Assembly: GCA_027031495.1 (NCBI GenBank)
Contig: JALVQA010000009.1
Coordinates: forward strand, 16,898 to 80,897
DNA length: 64,000 nt
Direction: 5' to 3'
Origin: Candidatus Moraniibacteriota bacterium
Lineage (GTDB): Bacteria > Patescibacteriota > Minisyncoccia > Moranbacterales > GCA-2747515
Part shown: piece by piece, positions 28,707 to 38,937 of the stretch
Layout of the letters: each line of letters begins with the position of its first letter
Numbering within the stretch: position 1 is the stretch's first letter
The notes under the pieces: generated by a model
The model's database searches: none
Told to the model about the DNA's origin: nothing
Seen by the model: the letters and a program-made list of their open reading frames with translations, nothing else
Position numbers and translations under genes: made by a program

Positions 28707-31124
28707 TTATGAAGATTGTACCTTGGATTTTCCGTAAAATGTGTGAAAAACTTTGTAAGCCCATACCTTAATCGTATCGTTAAGTATAAACCATACCGTA
28801 CTGTAAAGCCAAATTGCGACGACAACATCCCACCCCAGCGGTGCCATAAAAAAGCCACCAAGTGCAAATATTGTCCCGATAATGCGTGACGAAAAGGCCG
28901 GTACAAAAAAAGCGAGTGACGGAAATGGTTTGTGCCAAAAATGGTAGCGACCGGTACGTGTCGTGTACAGTGTGGAGTGACCGGAAACATCAAGTTTTAG
29001 AAAAATAGCCGTTTGAACCATTGCGAGTGACCACCCCAAAACATGCTGCGTGTACCATAACAGGAGAAATGACGAGATAAGACCGGTTACACCAAGAATT
29101 GTTGCAATGAACAATGTCTCCGGTAGATGCCAGCGCACTGGCTTGCTATCAGGTGGCGCATTATCGTAAGCAATTGCCATCACCGGAATATCATTAAGAA
29201 GCGCAAGTAGAATAATCATGATCGCTGTCAACGGCACGTCGCCGAAGAATATTGTTGCGAGTGAGATAAAAAATATGACGCGAATTGTCTCAGCGATACG
29301 AAACGTCGCATAGGCCTGCATACGTGCAAATGTTGTTCGCGCCAGACGTATGGCATGTTCAATTACCGACAAACCTTTATCCAAAAGGATTAAATCCGCC
29401 GCGGTGCGCGCTGCCTCCGATGCACCGGAGACCGCAATGCCAACGTCCGCCTTCTTAAGAGCTGGTGCATCATTGACGCCATCACCCGTCATTGCAACAA
29501 TATGCCCTTTTGATTGCAATGCCGCAACAATATCATACTTATCACGTGGTGCAACTTCAGCAAAAACATCGTTGCGCATTACCGCTTTTGCATCAATGCC
29601 ATCGTCTTTGATACGAATATCTTTTGCACGCACAACACGTGTGCCGATACCGATAAGCTCAGCAATATAGCGCGCAATTTTTGCATGATCACCGGTAAGC
29701 ATTTTAAGTGTAATATGATGTGCGCGTACACGCTCTACGGTACGTGCCGAATCTTCGCGCGGTGGATCCAAAAGTGGAACAAGTCCGACCGGCTCCAGTG
29801 TATCATTGTCAATATATTCACCAAGCGCCAACGTTCGGAAACCGTTGCGCGCAAAAGTGTCAATGTCGTCACTGACACGTGTACGCACGGCGGCGTTCTG
29901 CAAGCGTTCCAGAAGAATTTGCGGCGCACACATTATAATATTGCGCGTATGCTCACGGTTATGTGCGCGTACTCTCGTAACTTTACTGGTCGGATTAAAT
30001 GGAATAAATTTATCAATAACGTAATTACGCGCATCGCTGACGTATCCGTGAACAGCTGCATAGTGTGCAATCGCACGCTCAATCGGCGACTGGTTTTCTT
30101 TCTCGCTTGCCAATTGTGCATCTATAAAGAGATCACGCTCTGTATAACGCCCATAAACAATTGGTTTCGCAATAGAAAGCTCATTTTTTGTCAATGTACC
30201 TGTCTTATCAACACACAATACATCAGTGCCGGCAAGCTCTTCAATAGCAGTAAAGTTTGCAACAATTGCTTTACTCTTGGCAAGTATATGTGCACCAATT
30301 GCCATTGTGACCGACAGTACCGTCGGCAGCGCCACTGGCACAGAAGCAATTGCCAGTACCAATGCAAAGCGCAGTGTTTCTACAAATGACGTCCCTCGTA
30401 CGAAAAGGACGATAAATGTAATTATCACCATTATCAACGCCACAACAATTAAAAAAACACCGATGCGTACAATCGCGCGCTGAAAGTGACTTCTCTCATC
30501 AATCGCTGCCTGTGATACCAGTTGCATGTTAATGCCAATAGATGTTGCCGCCCCAATTGCTGTTACACGCGCCCACATACGACCACGCACAACGACGGAT
30601 GACGCAAAAAGCACATCGCCTTTTCCCTTATTTACGGGCAACGACTCTCCCGTCATGCTCGACTGATCAACAGCAATATCTATTCCCCCCAAAACCTCAG
30701 CGTCCGCCGGCACAATATCGCCAATATTGAGTTTAATGATATCACCCGGTACAAGTTCGCGTGCCGAAATCTCTCGGACAACGCCGTCACGCACAACAAG
30801 TGCTCGTGGCGTAAGCGTTTTTTTAAGTGCTGCAAGCGCCCTGGTCGCTTTCTGCTCTTGCGCAAAGTCAACACCAATATTAACACATAACAAAAGTGCA
30901 ATGATGGTAAAATCCTCCCACCGCTCCATGACCGCCGAAAGCACAAGTGCAATTTCAATCATTATAGGGATCGGTCCGACAAATTTCTCAAGAAAGCGCC
31001 CAAACGCAGAACGCTCTTCTTGTTTCACCTCATTAAAGCCGTATTTCTTACGCCGCTCATGTACGTCATGTTCTGATAATCCTTTCCACTTTTTTGCGCC
31101 TTTGCTTTTCTCTTCTTTTGCCAT
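28707..31124 (-). CDS. P-type ATPase, P3A (plasma-membrane H+-ATPase/PMA1-like)
   Basis: Carries DKTGTLT and MTGDGVNDAPALKKADVGIAV. The N-terminal third aligns closely to fungal and plant PMA1 (KYGFNEV...TGESLPV...LCVDKTGTLTKN). Confidence 0.85.
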   Translation of the reverse strand: MAKEEKSKGAKKWKGLSEHDVHERRKKYGFNEVKQEERSAFGRFLEKFVGPIPIMIEIALVLSAVMERWEDFTIIALLLCVNIGVDFAQEQKATRALAALKKTLTPRALVVRDGVVREISARELVPGDIIKLNIGDIVPADAEVLGGIDIAVDQSSMTGESLPVNKGKGDVLFASSVVVRGRMWARVTAIGAATSIGINMQLVSQAAIDERSHFQRAIVRIGVFLIVVALIMVIITFIVLFVRGTSFVETLRFALVLAIASVPVALPTVLSVTMAIGAHILAKSKAIVANFTAIEELAGTDVLCVDKTGTLTKNELSIAKPIVYGRYTERDLFIDAQLASEKENQSPIERAIAHYAAVHGYVSDARNYVIDKFIPFNPTSKVTRVRAHNREHTRNIIMCAPQILLERLQNAAVRTRVSDDIDTFARNGFRTLALGEYIDNDTLEPVGLVPLLDPPREDSARTVERVRAHHITLKMLTGDHAKIARYIAELIGIGTRVVRAKDIRIKDDGIDAKAVMRNDVFAEVAPRDKYDIVAALQSKGHIVAMTGDGVNDAPALKKADVGIAVSGASEAARTAADLILLDKGLSVIEHAIRLARTTFARMQAYATFRIAETIRVIFFISLATIFFGDVPLTAIMIILLALLNDIPVMAIAYDNAPPDSKPVRWHLPETLFIATILGVTGLISSFLLLWYTQHVLGWSLAMVQTAIFLKLDVSGHSTLYTTRTGRYHFWHKPFPSLAFFVPAFSSRIIGTIFALGGFFMAPLGWDVVVAIWLYSTVWFILNDTIKVWAYKVFHTFYGKSKVQSS

Positions 31125-31221
31125 TTTTGTTTTATTTTTCTCAATATATTATTATTGTATCACAAAGGTACATAATAACACGCGAAGTTAATAGCTAATT
31201 GAATAACACTTTTGCCGCAAT

Positions 31222-31260
31222 CAAAAATAAAACCCCTTCTGTACACATGTACAAAGGGGC
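31222..31260 (-). terminator. Intrinsic terminator (minus strand) upstream of the P-type ATPase
   Basis: On the minus strand GCCCCTTTGTACA...TGTACAGAAGGGG is followed by TTTTATTTTTGATT. Confidence 0.5.
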
Positions 31261-31406
31261 TAATGAATAATGTTCTGAAAATATGACATGTTATCCCTCA
31301 CCTTAAAAACAATCTCTCCTGCAAAATGCGCCACACATTGCTGCGCGACACACCCTCGCCATTCGTATGGCACTTTTACATAAGAAGCGTTGCTAAACAC
31401 TCTCAC

Positions 31407-31778
31407 TTATTGCACAGCATCACTGCATGCTTTTATGCAGATCTCCTCTGCGCAACTGTCTGGTATTCCACTATATTTCGCACGTGTGAAAAATGGTTGC
31501 GGAATATCAATTTCTATTGGCGCAATCTCCAAGAAATCCTTTTTGTCCTCGACGCGTGTAATGCGCGCCAACGGCACAGAAAAATCGCCAGCAAGATCCT
31601 CCATGCATCTCTTGAAATCTTCAGAAGATGTGTAGATTTCGTGCATCTTTCGTCGCTGCATGTAGCGCAAAACATGCACATAAAGCCGTGCCACAAAAGG
31701 GCGTGGCATATCCTTTACCCTCTTTTTAAAGAAGGCAAAAAAAGTATCCGGCACCCTTAGAAGGTGACTTCGCATCAT
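31407..31778 (-). CDS. Hypothetical protein (123 aa)
   Basis: An ORF sits between tyrS and the terminator. It is protein-like but I recognise no family. The plus-strand alternative looks like junk. Confidence 0.3.
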   Translation of the reverse strand: MMRSHLLRVPDTFFAFFKKRVKDMPRPFVARLYVHVLRYMQRRKMHEIYTSSEDFKRCMEDLAGDFSVPLARITRVEDKKDFLEIAPIEIDIPQPFFTRAKYSGIPDSCAEEICIKACSDAVQ

Positions 31779-31812
31779 TTCTTCTCCTTCTCTTGTTCAA
31801 TTTTTTAAAAAG

Positions 31813-33009
31813 TTAAAAAACAATTTTACGGAAATTTTTCTTTCCAACTCTTAGTATGCTGTTGTTTTGTTCTTTTGTCAATGTTTGCATCACGTCGGTG
31901 ATTTTTTCGTCGCTGATTTTGATGCCGCCCTGCTGGATTTTGCGGCGCGCATCACTTTTGCTCTTTGCAAGGCCGGCACGCACAAGTACATCCACGAGCG
32001 CTTCACCATCCGTTACAGCAAGTGTCTCCACATCCTTTGGTATAACACCTTTACTAAAAGTTTCTATAAAATAACGCTCTTCAATATTGGCACTTGTCGC
32101 GTCATGGAGAAGTGTTACAAGCTCTTTAGCAAGACGGATTTTTGCATCGCGTGGGTGAATACGTTCATCTGCCATACCACGCTCTATCGTGTGGACATCC
32201 GCCATTGGCACACGCGTACAGTGCGTAAGGTACGGCACAATCAACTCATCAGAAATACTCATTACTTTACCAAAAACATCACGCGCACTATCAGTAAGGT
32301 TAATTGTGTTACCCCAACTACTACTCATCTTACGCCCGTCCGTACCAATGATCAATTCTGTCATTACGACATCTTGTGGCGCTTGACCAAAACGTGGCTG
32401 CAGTGTACGACCTGCAAGGAGATTAAAGCGCTGATCAGTGCCGCCGACTTCCACATCTGCCCTGAGAACGACACTATCATAGCCCTGCATTAGCGGATAG
32501 AGTACTTCACGCAAATTGACACGTTTACCGGCATCCAACCGTCGCTTAATGTTATCTCTCTGGATAAATTCATGCACACTGAATGCGTCCGCCAATCCTC
32601 CGATTTCTTTAAAGCCAAGCTTATCCAGCCATTCAGCATTGTAAACGACTTCCGCTTGTGCGATATCTATGATCTTGCCGGCCTGCGCAACGTATTGTCG
32701 CATATTTTCCGCCACTGCTTCATGACTAAGCATTGGTCGCTCAGCGTCTTTATCGGACGTATCACCGATAACACCCGTTGCATTACCAACAAGAAGAATA
32801 ATTTTGTGTCCCAGCTTTTGAAAATCGCGTAATTTCAGTAATGGCACCATGCGCCCAATATGCAAATGGGGGCTTGTTGGATCAATGCCGAGTTTGACAC
32901 GCAAAACATCACCGCTCTCAAGACGCTTCTTGAGATGGTTACGCTCAATCACTTCATCAACACTTCGTGTGAGCAATTCTTCAATACGTTTATCCCTATC
33001 GTGGTGCAT
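31813..33009 (-). CDS. tyrS: Tyrosyl-tRNA synthetase
   Basis: Has a HIGH-type motif (PHLHIGRMV) and KMSKS (KMSSSWGN), with a C-terminal S4-like domain. Confidence 0.9.
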   Translation of the reverse strand: MHHDRDKRIEELLTRSVDEVIERNHLKKRLESGDVLRVKLGIDPTSPHLHIGRMVPLLKLRDFQKLGHKIILLVGNATGVIGDTSDKDAERPMLSHEAVAENMRQYVAQAGKIIDIAQAEVVYNAEWLDKLGFKEIGGLADAFSVHEFIQRDNIKRRLDAGKRVNLREVLYPLMQGYDSVVLRADVEVGGTDQRFNLLAGRTLQPRFGQAPQDVVMTELIIGTDGRKMSSSWGNTINLTDSARDVFGKVMSISDELIVPYLTHCTRVPMADVHTIERGMADERIHPRDAKIRLAKELVTLLHDATSANIEERYFIETFSKGVIPKDVETLAVTDGEALVDVLVRAGLAKSKSDARRKIQQGGIKISDEKITDVMQTLTKEQNNSILRVGKKNFRKIVF

Positions 33010-33021
33010 AGACAGAAAGTA

Positions 33022-33378
33022 TTATTTCAAACCAAGACGCCTCTTCGCAAGACGATACTGATCATCACTCATCATGCCGGCCGCCTTCATGGCATCCAAC
33101 TGCTTTAGGATCTCATCTTTATTCTTTTCAATATTCTCCGGTGTCATTGCCTTTTTCATGATTTCCCGTTGCTTCTCCGGTGACATTTTTTGAAACTGCT
33201 TCCATGCAAGCCGTTGAATCATGTTCATCTTTGACAGGTCCGGCTCGCCTTGTATACCGGCAAGCGTATCCGCAAGATCATCTGATGATAACGCCTTTGC
33301 ACCATCATTGCTACTACTGTTTTTCTTGCTATCACTATCACTTTTTTTTACGCTTTTTTTGAAAAAATTTTTTAACAT
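33022..33378 (-). CDS. Hypothetical Met/Lys-rich small protein (118 aa)
   Basis: An ORF lies between secF and tyrS. It is low-complexity and Met-rich in the C-terminal half. Function is unknown. Confidence 0.4.
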   Translation of the reverse strand: MLKNFFKKSVKKSDSDSKKNSSSNDGAKALSSDDLADTLAGIQGEPDLSKMNMIQRLAWKQFQKMSPEKQREIMKKAMTPENIEKNKDEILKQLDAMKAAGMMSDDQYRLAKRRLGLK

Positions 33379-33399
33379 ATTTTTTATACGCTATACTAG

Positions 33400-34341
33400 T
33401 TACTTATCACTTTTTATACGCTTTCTATGGTCATTGCGATGACGCCAATTGTATGCCGTTACAAGAAGTGCTGTTGCAATAAAAATGGAAGAATACGTCC
33501 CGGCAACAATACCAATGAGCAAAGCAAGCGCAAAGTAAAAGAGTGGCGCACCACCGAAGAAAATAATTGTCAAGAGAACAACAACCACCGTCAATGATGT
33601 ATTCAGGGAGCGCGCGAGTGTTTCTTTAATGGATCGCCCTACAATGTCCTCAAAGGATCTCTTTTTACCGAGACGCAAAATATTCTCGCGCACGCGGTCA
33701 TAAACAACAATTGTGTCATTAACAGAATACCCAAGAACTGTCAGGAGTGCCGCAATAAAAGATATACCAACCTCAACATCTGCAAAATAACCAAGAAGTG
33801 CGAAAATACCGAGAACAATCACGATATCGTGCACAAGCGCAATAATCGCACTCAGACCATATCCCCACGACGACACAAAAAATGAAACTTTGCGGAATGC
33901 CCATGCTATATAAATCATAATCACAACAATCGCGATTACAATTGCTTTAAATGCATTGTCTTTGAGTTGTTGCGATACTGATGCACCGACAAAGTCAACG
34001 CGCAACTGTACGAGATGTGGCGATTGCTTGCGCAATGCATTTATAATTTTCTCGTTTTGCTCTTCTGTTGAGCGCGCATAGCGCATCACGATCGTATTTG
34101 CATCTGTTTTTTGAACAACTGCCGTCGTAAAGCCGGCCTGTGCGATACTTGCACGTACAGCATCAATGGATGGCAGCATACAGTCCTTTGCATCCTGCTG
34201 ACAGCCAATCTCCATCAGAGTACCACCCGTAAAATCAATACCGGGCTTCAAACCAAAATGTACAAGCGCACCGATACTCACAGCAACGATAAGTGCTGAA
34301 AAGGTATACGTGTACCGTCGTATTGTAAGAATCTTATCCAT
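33400..34341 (-). CDS. secF: Protein-export membrane protein SecF
   Basis: Matches SecF: GLKPGIDFTGGTLME...RVDFVGASVSQ, with a six-TM C-terminal half. Confidence 0.9.
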   Translation of the reverse strand: MDKILTIRRYTYTFSALIVAVSIGALVHFGLKPGIDFTGGTLMEIGCQQDAKDCMLPSIDAVRASIAQAGFTTAVVQKTDANTIVMRYARSTEEQNEKIINALRKQSPHLVQLRVDFVGASVSQQLKDNAFKAIVIAIVVIMIYIAWAFRKVSFFVSSWGYGLSAIIALVHDIVIVLGIFALLGYFADVEVGISFIAALLTVLGYSVNDTIVVYDRVRENILRLGKKRSFEDIVGRSIKETLARSLNTSLTVVVVLLTIIFFGGAPLFYFALALLIGIVAGTYSSIFIATALLVTAYNWRHRNDHRKRIKSDK

Positions 34342-34347
34342 AATATT

Positions 34348-36102
34348 TTATACGCCAATCAACCATTTTAATTTTTCCAGACGCTCGTCCGCAATAGAAC
34401 GCAAAAATGTACGCACAAGCACCACCGCCGTAAACATAGATACCGTCACACCGATAAAGAGAATAATTGCAAAACCCTGTACGAACCCACTGCCCACACC
34501 AATGAGGATAAGACAGATCAAAAGCGTTGATATGTTACCGTCACGAATACTTGGCCATGCGCGCTCAAAACCAATCGCAACCGCACTCTTGAGTGTCTTG
34601 CCACGACGGCGCTCTTCTTTGATACGCTCAAAGACGAGGATATTTGCATCAACAGCCATACCAACAGAAAGGATGAAGCCGGCAATACCCGGCAGTGTCA
34701 GTGTGATTGCAAGACCACCAGGCAAAAGACCGGAGAGCTTAAAGATTGTTACAACCGTCATCGCATAAACAACGAGCGCTACCGCTGCAACAAAACCAAA
34801 AAAACGATAGTAAAAGATCATGTAAATCATTGTTAACGCAAGACCTGCCATACCGGCCTTAAGCCCTGCCTTAAGTGCTGTCGCACCAAGTGAAGCATCC
34901 ACCGATTGCTGGGATACAAGTGTGATCGGTACCGGCAACGCACCTTCGTTAAGACGTGATGCAAGCGCCTTTGCTTCTTGTGGCGTAAAGCTACCTGTGA
35001 TCTGTGCCTCACCATTCGTAATTTCCGCTTGAATAACCGGTGCGCTAATTAACTGGTTGTCAACAAAAATTGCAAAACGCTCACCAATATGCCCCTTTGT
35101 GATATCAGCAAACATTTTCGTGCCTTCATCGTTAAAATGAAGTAATACGCCCGGCTCGCTAATACCACTACGTGACGCACTACCGGGATCATAATCCGCA
35201 CTCTCCAACTGTGCCCCGGTAAGTTGCGTTGGTTTCCACATAAGATCTGGGAAATCGGCAACTGTACGTTTCGCTACGAGAATATGTCGCGCACGCACTT
35301 CCCGCACCTCTTCCGTTTCACCGGGAATATCTTCCCCTGTCAATTGATCCTTCTTTGGGCGCGTTTTTATGCGCTCATCCTCTTTCTTGATAATGTGCCA
35401 CCCGTACTGTGTTTCCACAAGTTTTGGATAGACGGCACCAACAGCAAAATCGTCACTAAAAAGCACCTTATCAAACGGCTCTACAAACACGCCTTGTTCT
35501 ACGAAGCCGAGATCCCCACCTTTCTCAGCGCTGGCACGATCATCACTATACTCTTTTGTCAACTTCTCAAAATCCTCACCACTCAGCGCGCGCTTAAGAT
35601 ACTCCTGGGCACGTTTATGTGCTTCTTCGTTGACTTTTTTGATAAACTCCTGTGTTTGTGGATCATCCGAAATATCCTCGCGAAAATCAAGAAACGGTGT
35701 CTCCTTAATAACAGCTTTTGCTGCGTCAATATCGCGAAGTCCTGGCAACTCTACAACAAGGCGCTGCTCATCGCCGGCTGTAATGCGCTGTACAATTGGC
35801 TCACCAACACCAAAAGCATTGACGCGCCGCTCCACAACGGCTTGCACAGCATCAAGTGCATGCGCTTTCTCATCTGCTGTCGTACCATTGCCATTGCCAT
35901 CGTGTATATCTGATAAATCAATTGCATATTCCAGGTGGATACCGCCCTGCAAATCAAGACCAAGATTAACCTTCAGTGCTGCCACTTTTTCACCAAGCCA
36001 TGGCACACGTGCAACAGTCTGCGGAAATGTAATCACGGTAACACATACAACAAAAAGGGCGATAAGGCCAAGAGCTATACGATTCTTTGTTCGTCGTTTC
36101 AT
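34348..36102 (-). CDS. secD: Protein-export membrane protein SecD
   Basis: Carries GLDLQGGIHLEYAIDL and a periplasmic domain followed by the RND-like six-TM region. It lies directly upstream of secF. Confidence 0.9.
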   Translation of the reverse strand: MKRRTKNRIALGLIALFVVCVTVITFPQTVARVPWLGEKVAALKVNLGLDLQGGIHLEYAIDLSDIHDGNGNGTTADEKAHALDAVQAVVERRVNAFGVGEPIVQRITAGDEQRLVVELPGLRDIDAAKAVIKETPFLDFREDISDDPQTQEFIKKVNEEAHKRAQEYLKRALSGEDFEKLTKEYSDDRASAEKGGDLGFVEQGVFVEPFDKVLFSDDFAVGAVYPKLVETQYGWHIIKKEDERIKTRPKKDQLTGEDIPGETEEVREVRARHILVAKRTVADFPDLMWKPTQLTGAQLESADYDPGSASRSGISEPGVLLHFNDEGTKMFADITKGHIGERFAIFVDNQLISAPVIQAEITNGEAQITGSFTPQEAKALASRLNEGALPVPITLVSQQSVDASLGATALKAGLKAGMAGLALTMIYMIFYYRFFGFVAAVALVVYAMTVVTIFKLSGLLPGGLAITLTLPGIAGFILSVGMAVDANILVFERIKEERRRGKTLKSAVAIGFERAWPSIRDGNISTLLICLILIGVGSGFVQGFAIILFIGVTVSMFTAVVLVRTFLRSIADERLEKLKWLIGV

Positions 36103-36164
36103 AGATCAATATTATCCTCAATAACGTTACAATCTTACCTCAGATTGCAAAATAAGGCAAAGTA

Positions 36165-36731
36165 TTACTGCACCGTCAGGTATTCATGTGCGCACGCCAA
36201 AATACGTCGTCCATTATCAAATGTTAATTTGTTGTACGCCGCTTCAAACGGCAACCACGCATAGTTTTTGTGCTCGTGAGAGAGCTGTACCTCCTCGCCA
36301 CCATATGCTTCAACGAGATAAAAATGAACTTTTTTGTAGATAAAAATACAGCGACGTTGTTTTTCCCGTTCTGTACGCTCACTTCCCTTTGCTGTGTACG
36401 AAAAACTCATGCTTTCACGAAAGCCCTCCACGCGCTTTAACTTCGTCAAGTGTGTTTCCTCTTTGATCTCGCGATACATTGTCTGCTCCTCTGTCTCACC
36501 TTCCTCCATGTGTCCACGCGGAAATTCCCAGTGTCCATGGCGATACTGGATCATGAGATATTGAATGCCACCACCACGCGTACGGCGAAATACAACAGCG
36601 CCGACAGACACTTCCAGCGACAAACACCACGGCGCAAACGCGCCCAAAATTTTCTTTTCTACAGACATTTTGCAATTTTTTAGACTTATAAGAATCCGTA
36701 CTGTGTGCCACACCAAAGTACACTGCAACAC
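36165..36731 (-). CDS. NUDIX hydrolase
   Basis: The Nudix box is GHMEEGETEEQTMYREIKEETHL. The true start may be the internal Met near 36668. Confidence 0.7.
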   Translation of the reverse strand: MLQCTLVWHTVRILISLKNCKMSVEKKILGAFAPWCLSLEVSVGAVVFRRTRGGGIQYLMIQYRHGHWEFPRGHMEEGETEEQTMYREIKEETHLTKLKRVEGFRESMSFSYTAKGSERTEREKQRRCIFIYKKVHFYLVEAYGGEEVQLSHEHKNYAWLPFEAAYNKLTFDNGRRILACAHEYLTVQ

Positions 36732-36820
36732 ACAACTTTTTTTCTCTATACACTTAAAGACACACTCCTATCGGCACACTATTGCCGCAAAAAGAGTACC
36801 GTTTATAGGGCTAGTATAAC

Positions 36821-36855
36821 ACACAAAGAAATACTTCGCACGTATTTCTTTGTGT
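36821..36855 (-). terminator. Perfect 13-bp hairpin immediately after the thioredoxin-membrane gene stop (possible terminator or attenuator)
   Basis: ACACAAAGAAATA-cttcgcacg-TATTTCTTTGTGT has only a weak U-tract. Confidence 0.35.
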
Positions 36856-36857
36856 AT

Positions 36858-38138
36858 CTAAAATACCAATAATTCCGGCACAAAAATCATAATAACACCG
36901 AGCACAATCATAAGAATTGCGCCAACAAGCGTTGTCCACTTGTTATACTTCATTGTGTCGGAAAGGTGGCCTGCACCATAAAGTGCTGCAGCAAAGACGA
37001 CAATATCATCAATCATGTACGTAGCGATGTAAAGCAACATCTGAAACTGTGTTGCAAAAAAGCCGAGATCATTAAGTTCAAGAATTTTTGTATATGCTTG
37101 CGGAATACCAATACTGCACGCAAACTCAAAGATATTTACACTGAATGCAAGCATAATAATACCACCGGCCGTTGCAAGCGTGAGAGGGCGTTTGACAAGT
37201 TTTTCAACTCTGTGCGCCATCGTTTTTTGTTGCGATGCGTCAGTAACCGAGCAAACCGGCTTCCAAACAAGAAATCTCTTAAGAAAGTAGAGACCGCTTC
37301 CGAGCGCAAGAAAACCAACCAATGGCGTTACGATCCGTGAAAGACCAATAAAGTCCCATGTACTAAACCATGCCATCAAGATAAGCCAGTACATAATGGC
37401 CTCGGCAAGGATAAAGAGGCCGGCATACTGCCACATGCGCTTTTTTGAACCTGTTTGCAAAAGCAGCGTAAGAAAAACAATCAGCACCCACATCGCACAC
37501 GGATTGAACCCATCAACAAGGCCGAGAATAAGTGACACCGCCGGCAGTGGTAGTGTTGCCAAAGAAATTGTTGTACCAATAAATGGCAAGCGTACAACAA
37601 ACGCGTCTGTGTCACACCCTTTTGTCGGATCAGCATCACACACCTCAGCATCAACAAGTGATGATGCAACCGTCACAGGTGGCGCTGTTCCATCAAGAAT
37701 CGCATCAAAAGTTGTAGATACTTCACTTGTTTTAATAAGCTTCTCTATAAATGCACCTGTTGTCTGTGCCGTATCAAAACCGCTAAAGAGCGTCGTGCCA
37801 ACAAGCGTAATCGGCGTACCCTGTGAAAGACCAAATTTTTTTGTAATCACACTGAATTTTTCATACTCCTGTGGCACATCAATGTTATGATATCGTATAT
37901 CAATCTTCTTACCGTAGCGCTTTTTCAGCGTAGCAAGAAATGCTTTCAGCGCGATACAGTGTTTGCAGTCATCACGCACAAAAGCAGAGATGATGACAGT
38001 TGTATCATATCTTTGTGCAACACTTTCATGTGCAGCGCTACCTTCTTGTGCTACGACTGTTATCGGCGTAATAAAGAAAGTGATAGCAGCAACCGCACCT
38101 ATCAAGCTGCCTATTGTTACGAGAAAAATACGTTGCAT
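36858..38138 (-). CDS. Thioredoxin-like domain fused to CcdA/DsbD-type transmembrane thiol-disulfide transfer domain (putative)
   Basis: The N-terminal soluble domain carries CKHC (CxxC). The polytopic membrane domain has conserved Cys in helices (GFNPCAMWVL, FEFACSIGIP). Confidence 0.5.
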   Translation of the reverse strand: MQRIFLVTIGSLIGAVAAITFFITPITVVAQEGSAAHESVAQRYDTTVIISAFVRDDCKHCIALKAFLATLKKRYGKKIDIRYHNIDVPQEYEKFSVITKKFGLSQGTPITLVGTTLFSGFDTAQTTGAFIEKLIKTSEVSTTFDAILDGTAPPVTVASSLVDAEVCDADPTKGCDTDAFVVRLPFIGTTISLATLPLPAVSLILGLVDGFNPCAMWVLIVFLTLLLQTGSKKRMWQYAGLFILAEAIMYWLILMAWFSTWDFIGLSRIVTPLVGFLALGSGLYFLKRFLVWKPVCSVTDASQQKTMAHRVEKLVKRPLTLATAGGIIMLAFSVNIFEFACSIGIPQAYTKILELNDLGFFATQFQMLLYIATYMIDDIVVFAAALYGAGHLSDTMKYNKWTTLVGAILMIVLGVIMIFVPELLVF

Positions 38139-38245
38139 ATTTTTTATTTACTATAATTGTTTCTCATTCTATCACACATTGTATCACACGTTTCCTCTGC
38201 ACATATACCACCATCTTTGGTGTTGCAGAATACATGTCACTTCAT

Positions 38246-38292
38246 GCTAAAAAACAAAAGACACGCACACCCTCTGTTGTGTATGCGTGTCT
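38246..38292 (-). terminator. Intrinsic terminator after the DoxX-like gene
   Basis: AGACACGCA...TGCGTGTCT forms the stem. On the minus strand it is followed by TTTTGTTTTTT. Confidence 0.5.
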
Positions 38293-38308
38293 TTTGCATT
38301 ATATCACC

Positions 38309-38794
38309 CTAGAGCCACCACAGGATCGTCGTTGCAAGACTTGCCATTACAGCAATTTCTATTAAGTCAAACCATCCCAAGCGTGCACGAAAAACTGTCC
38401 CCATACTGCCGGAGTAAACAACTTTTCCGTCGTGAAGTGCAAGATAAACGCCAAGGCCCGTTAGCGTCAACACAAACAGTGTAATGCTATTAAGGACAAC
38501 GGGATTGGCATTAAAAAGGTAGCCAAAGCCAAGTGCCAATTCAATAAATGGGTAGAGGTAGCCGTATGGCAGAAAATTACGTGCAACAAGGTCGTAGCGC
38601 GCAAACGTCGTCGCAAACCCGCCAAGATGCATGATCTTTGGAATACTGAACGTCAAGAAGAAAATCGCTATAAGAAGTTGCATGTGTCGCAGTGGCGGTT
38701 GTGCGTGCTCAATGTGAATCATGATATATGTTACTACTAAAACGATGACCCACATCGCAATGCGCGGTATTTTTGAACTTTTGTATTTTTGCAT
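38309..38794 (-). CDS. DoxX/MauE-like small membrane protein
   Basis: It is 161 aa with four predicted TM helices. It lies adjacent to the thioredoxin-membrane protein. Confidence 0.45.
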   Translation of the reverse strand: MQKYKSSKIPRIAMWVIVLVVTYIMIHIEHAQPPLRHMQLLIAIFFLTFSIPKIMHLGGFATTFARYDLVARNFLPYGYLYPFIELALGFGYLFNANPVVLNSITLFVLTLTGLGVYLALHDGKVVYSGSMGTVFRARLGWFDLIEIAVMASLATTILWWL

Positions 38795-38937
38795 ACTCTT
38801 TTTATTTTTTGTTTACATATCTGATGTACTTATCATATCACAGAAAAGGAAAAATCTCCAGAATATAGGTACTCGCTGTTGACATGCAATCAATATGTGT
38901 TATTGTTCTATCGTGTAAAACAACAGAGGCCTTTAAA

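Noticed and set aside
29514-30389. 291-aa Cys-rich plus-strand ORF
   Set aside because: It lies entirely antisense to the well-supported P-type ATPase gene and is a shadow ORF in a coding region. The same applies to other long antisense ORFs, for example 1426..1980, 17089..17709, 31867..32493 and 58813..59799.
31326-31760. 144-aa plus-strand ORF
   Set aside because: It is antisense to the more protein-like 123-aa minus ORF. Its composition is His/Cys/Trp-rich junk and the gene would run against the local transcription direction.
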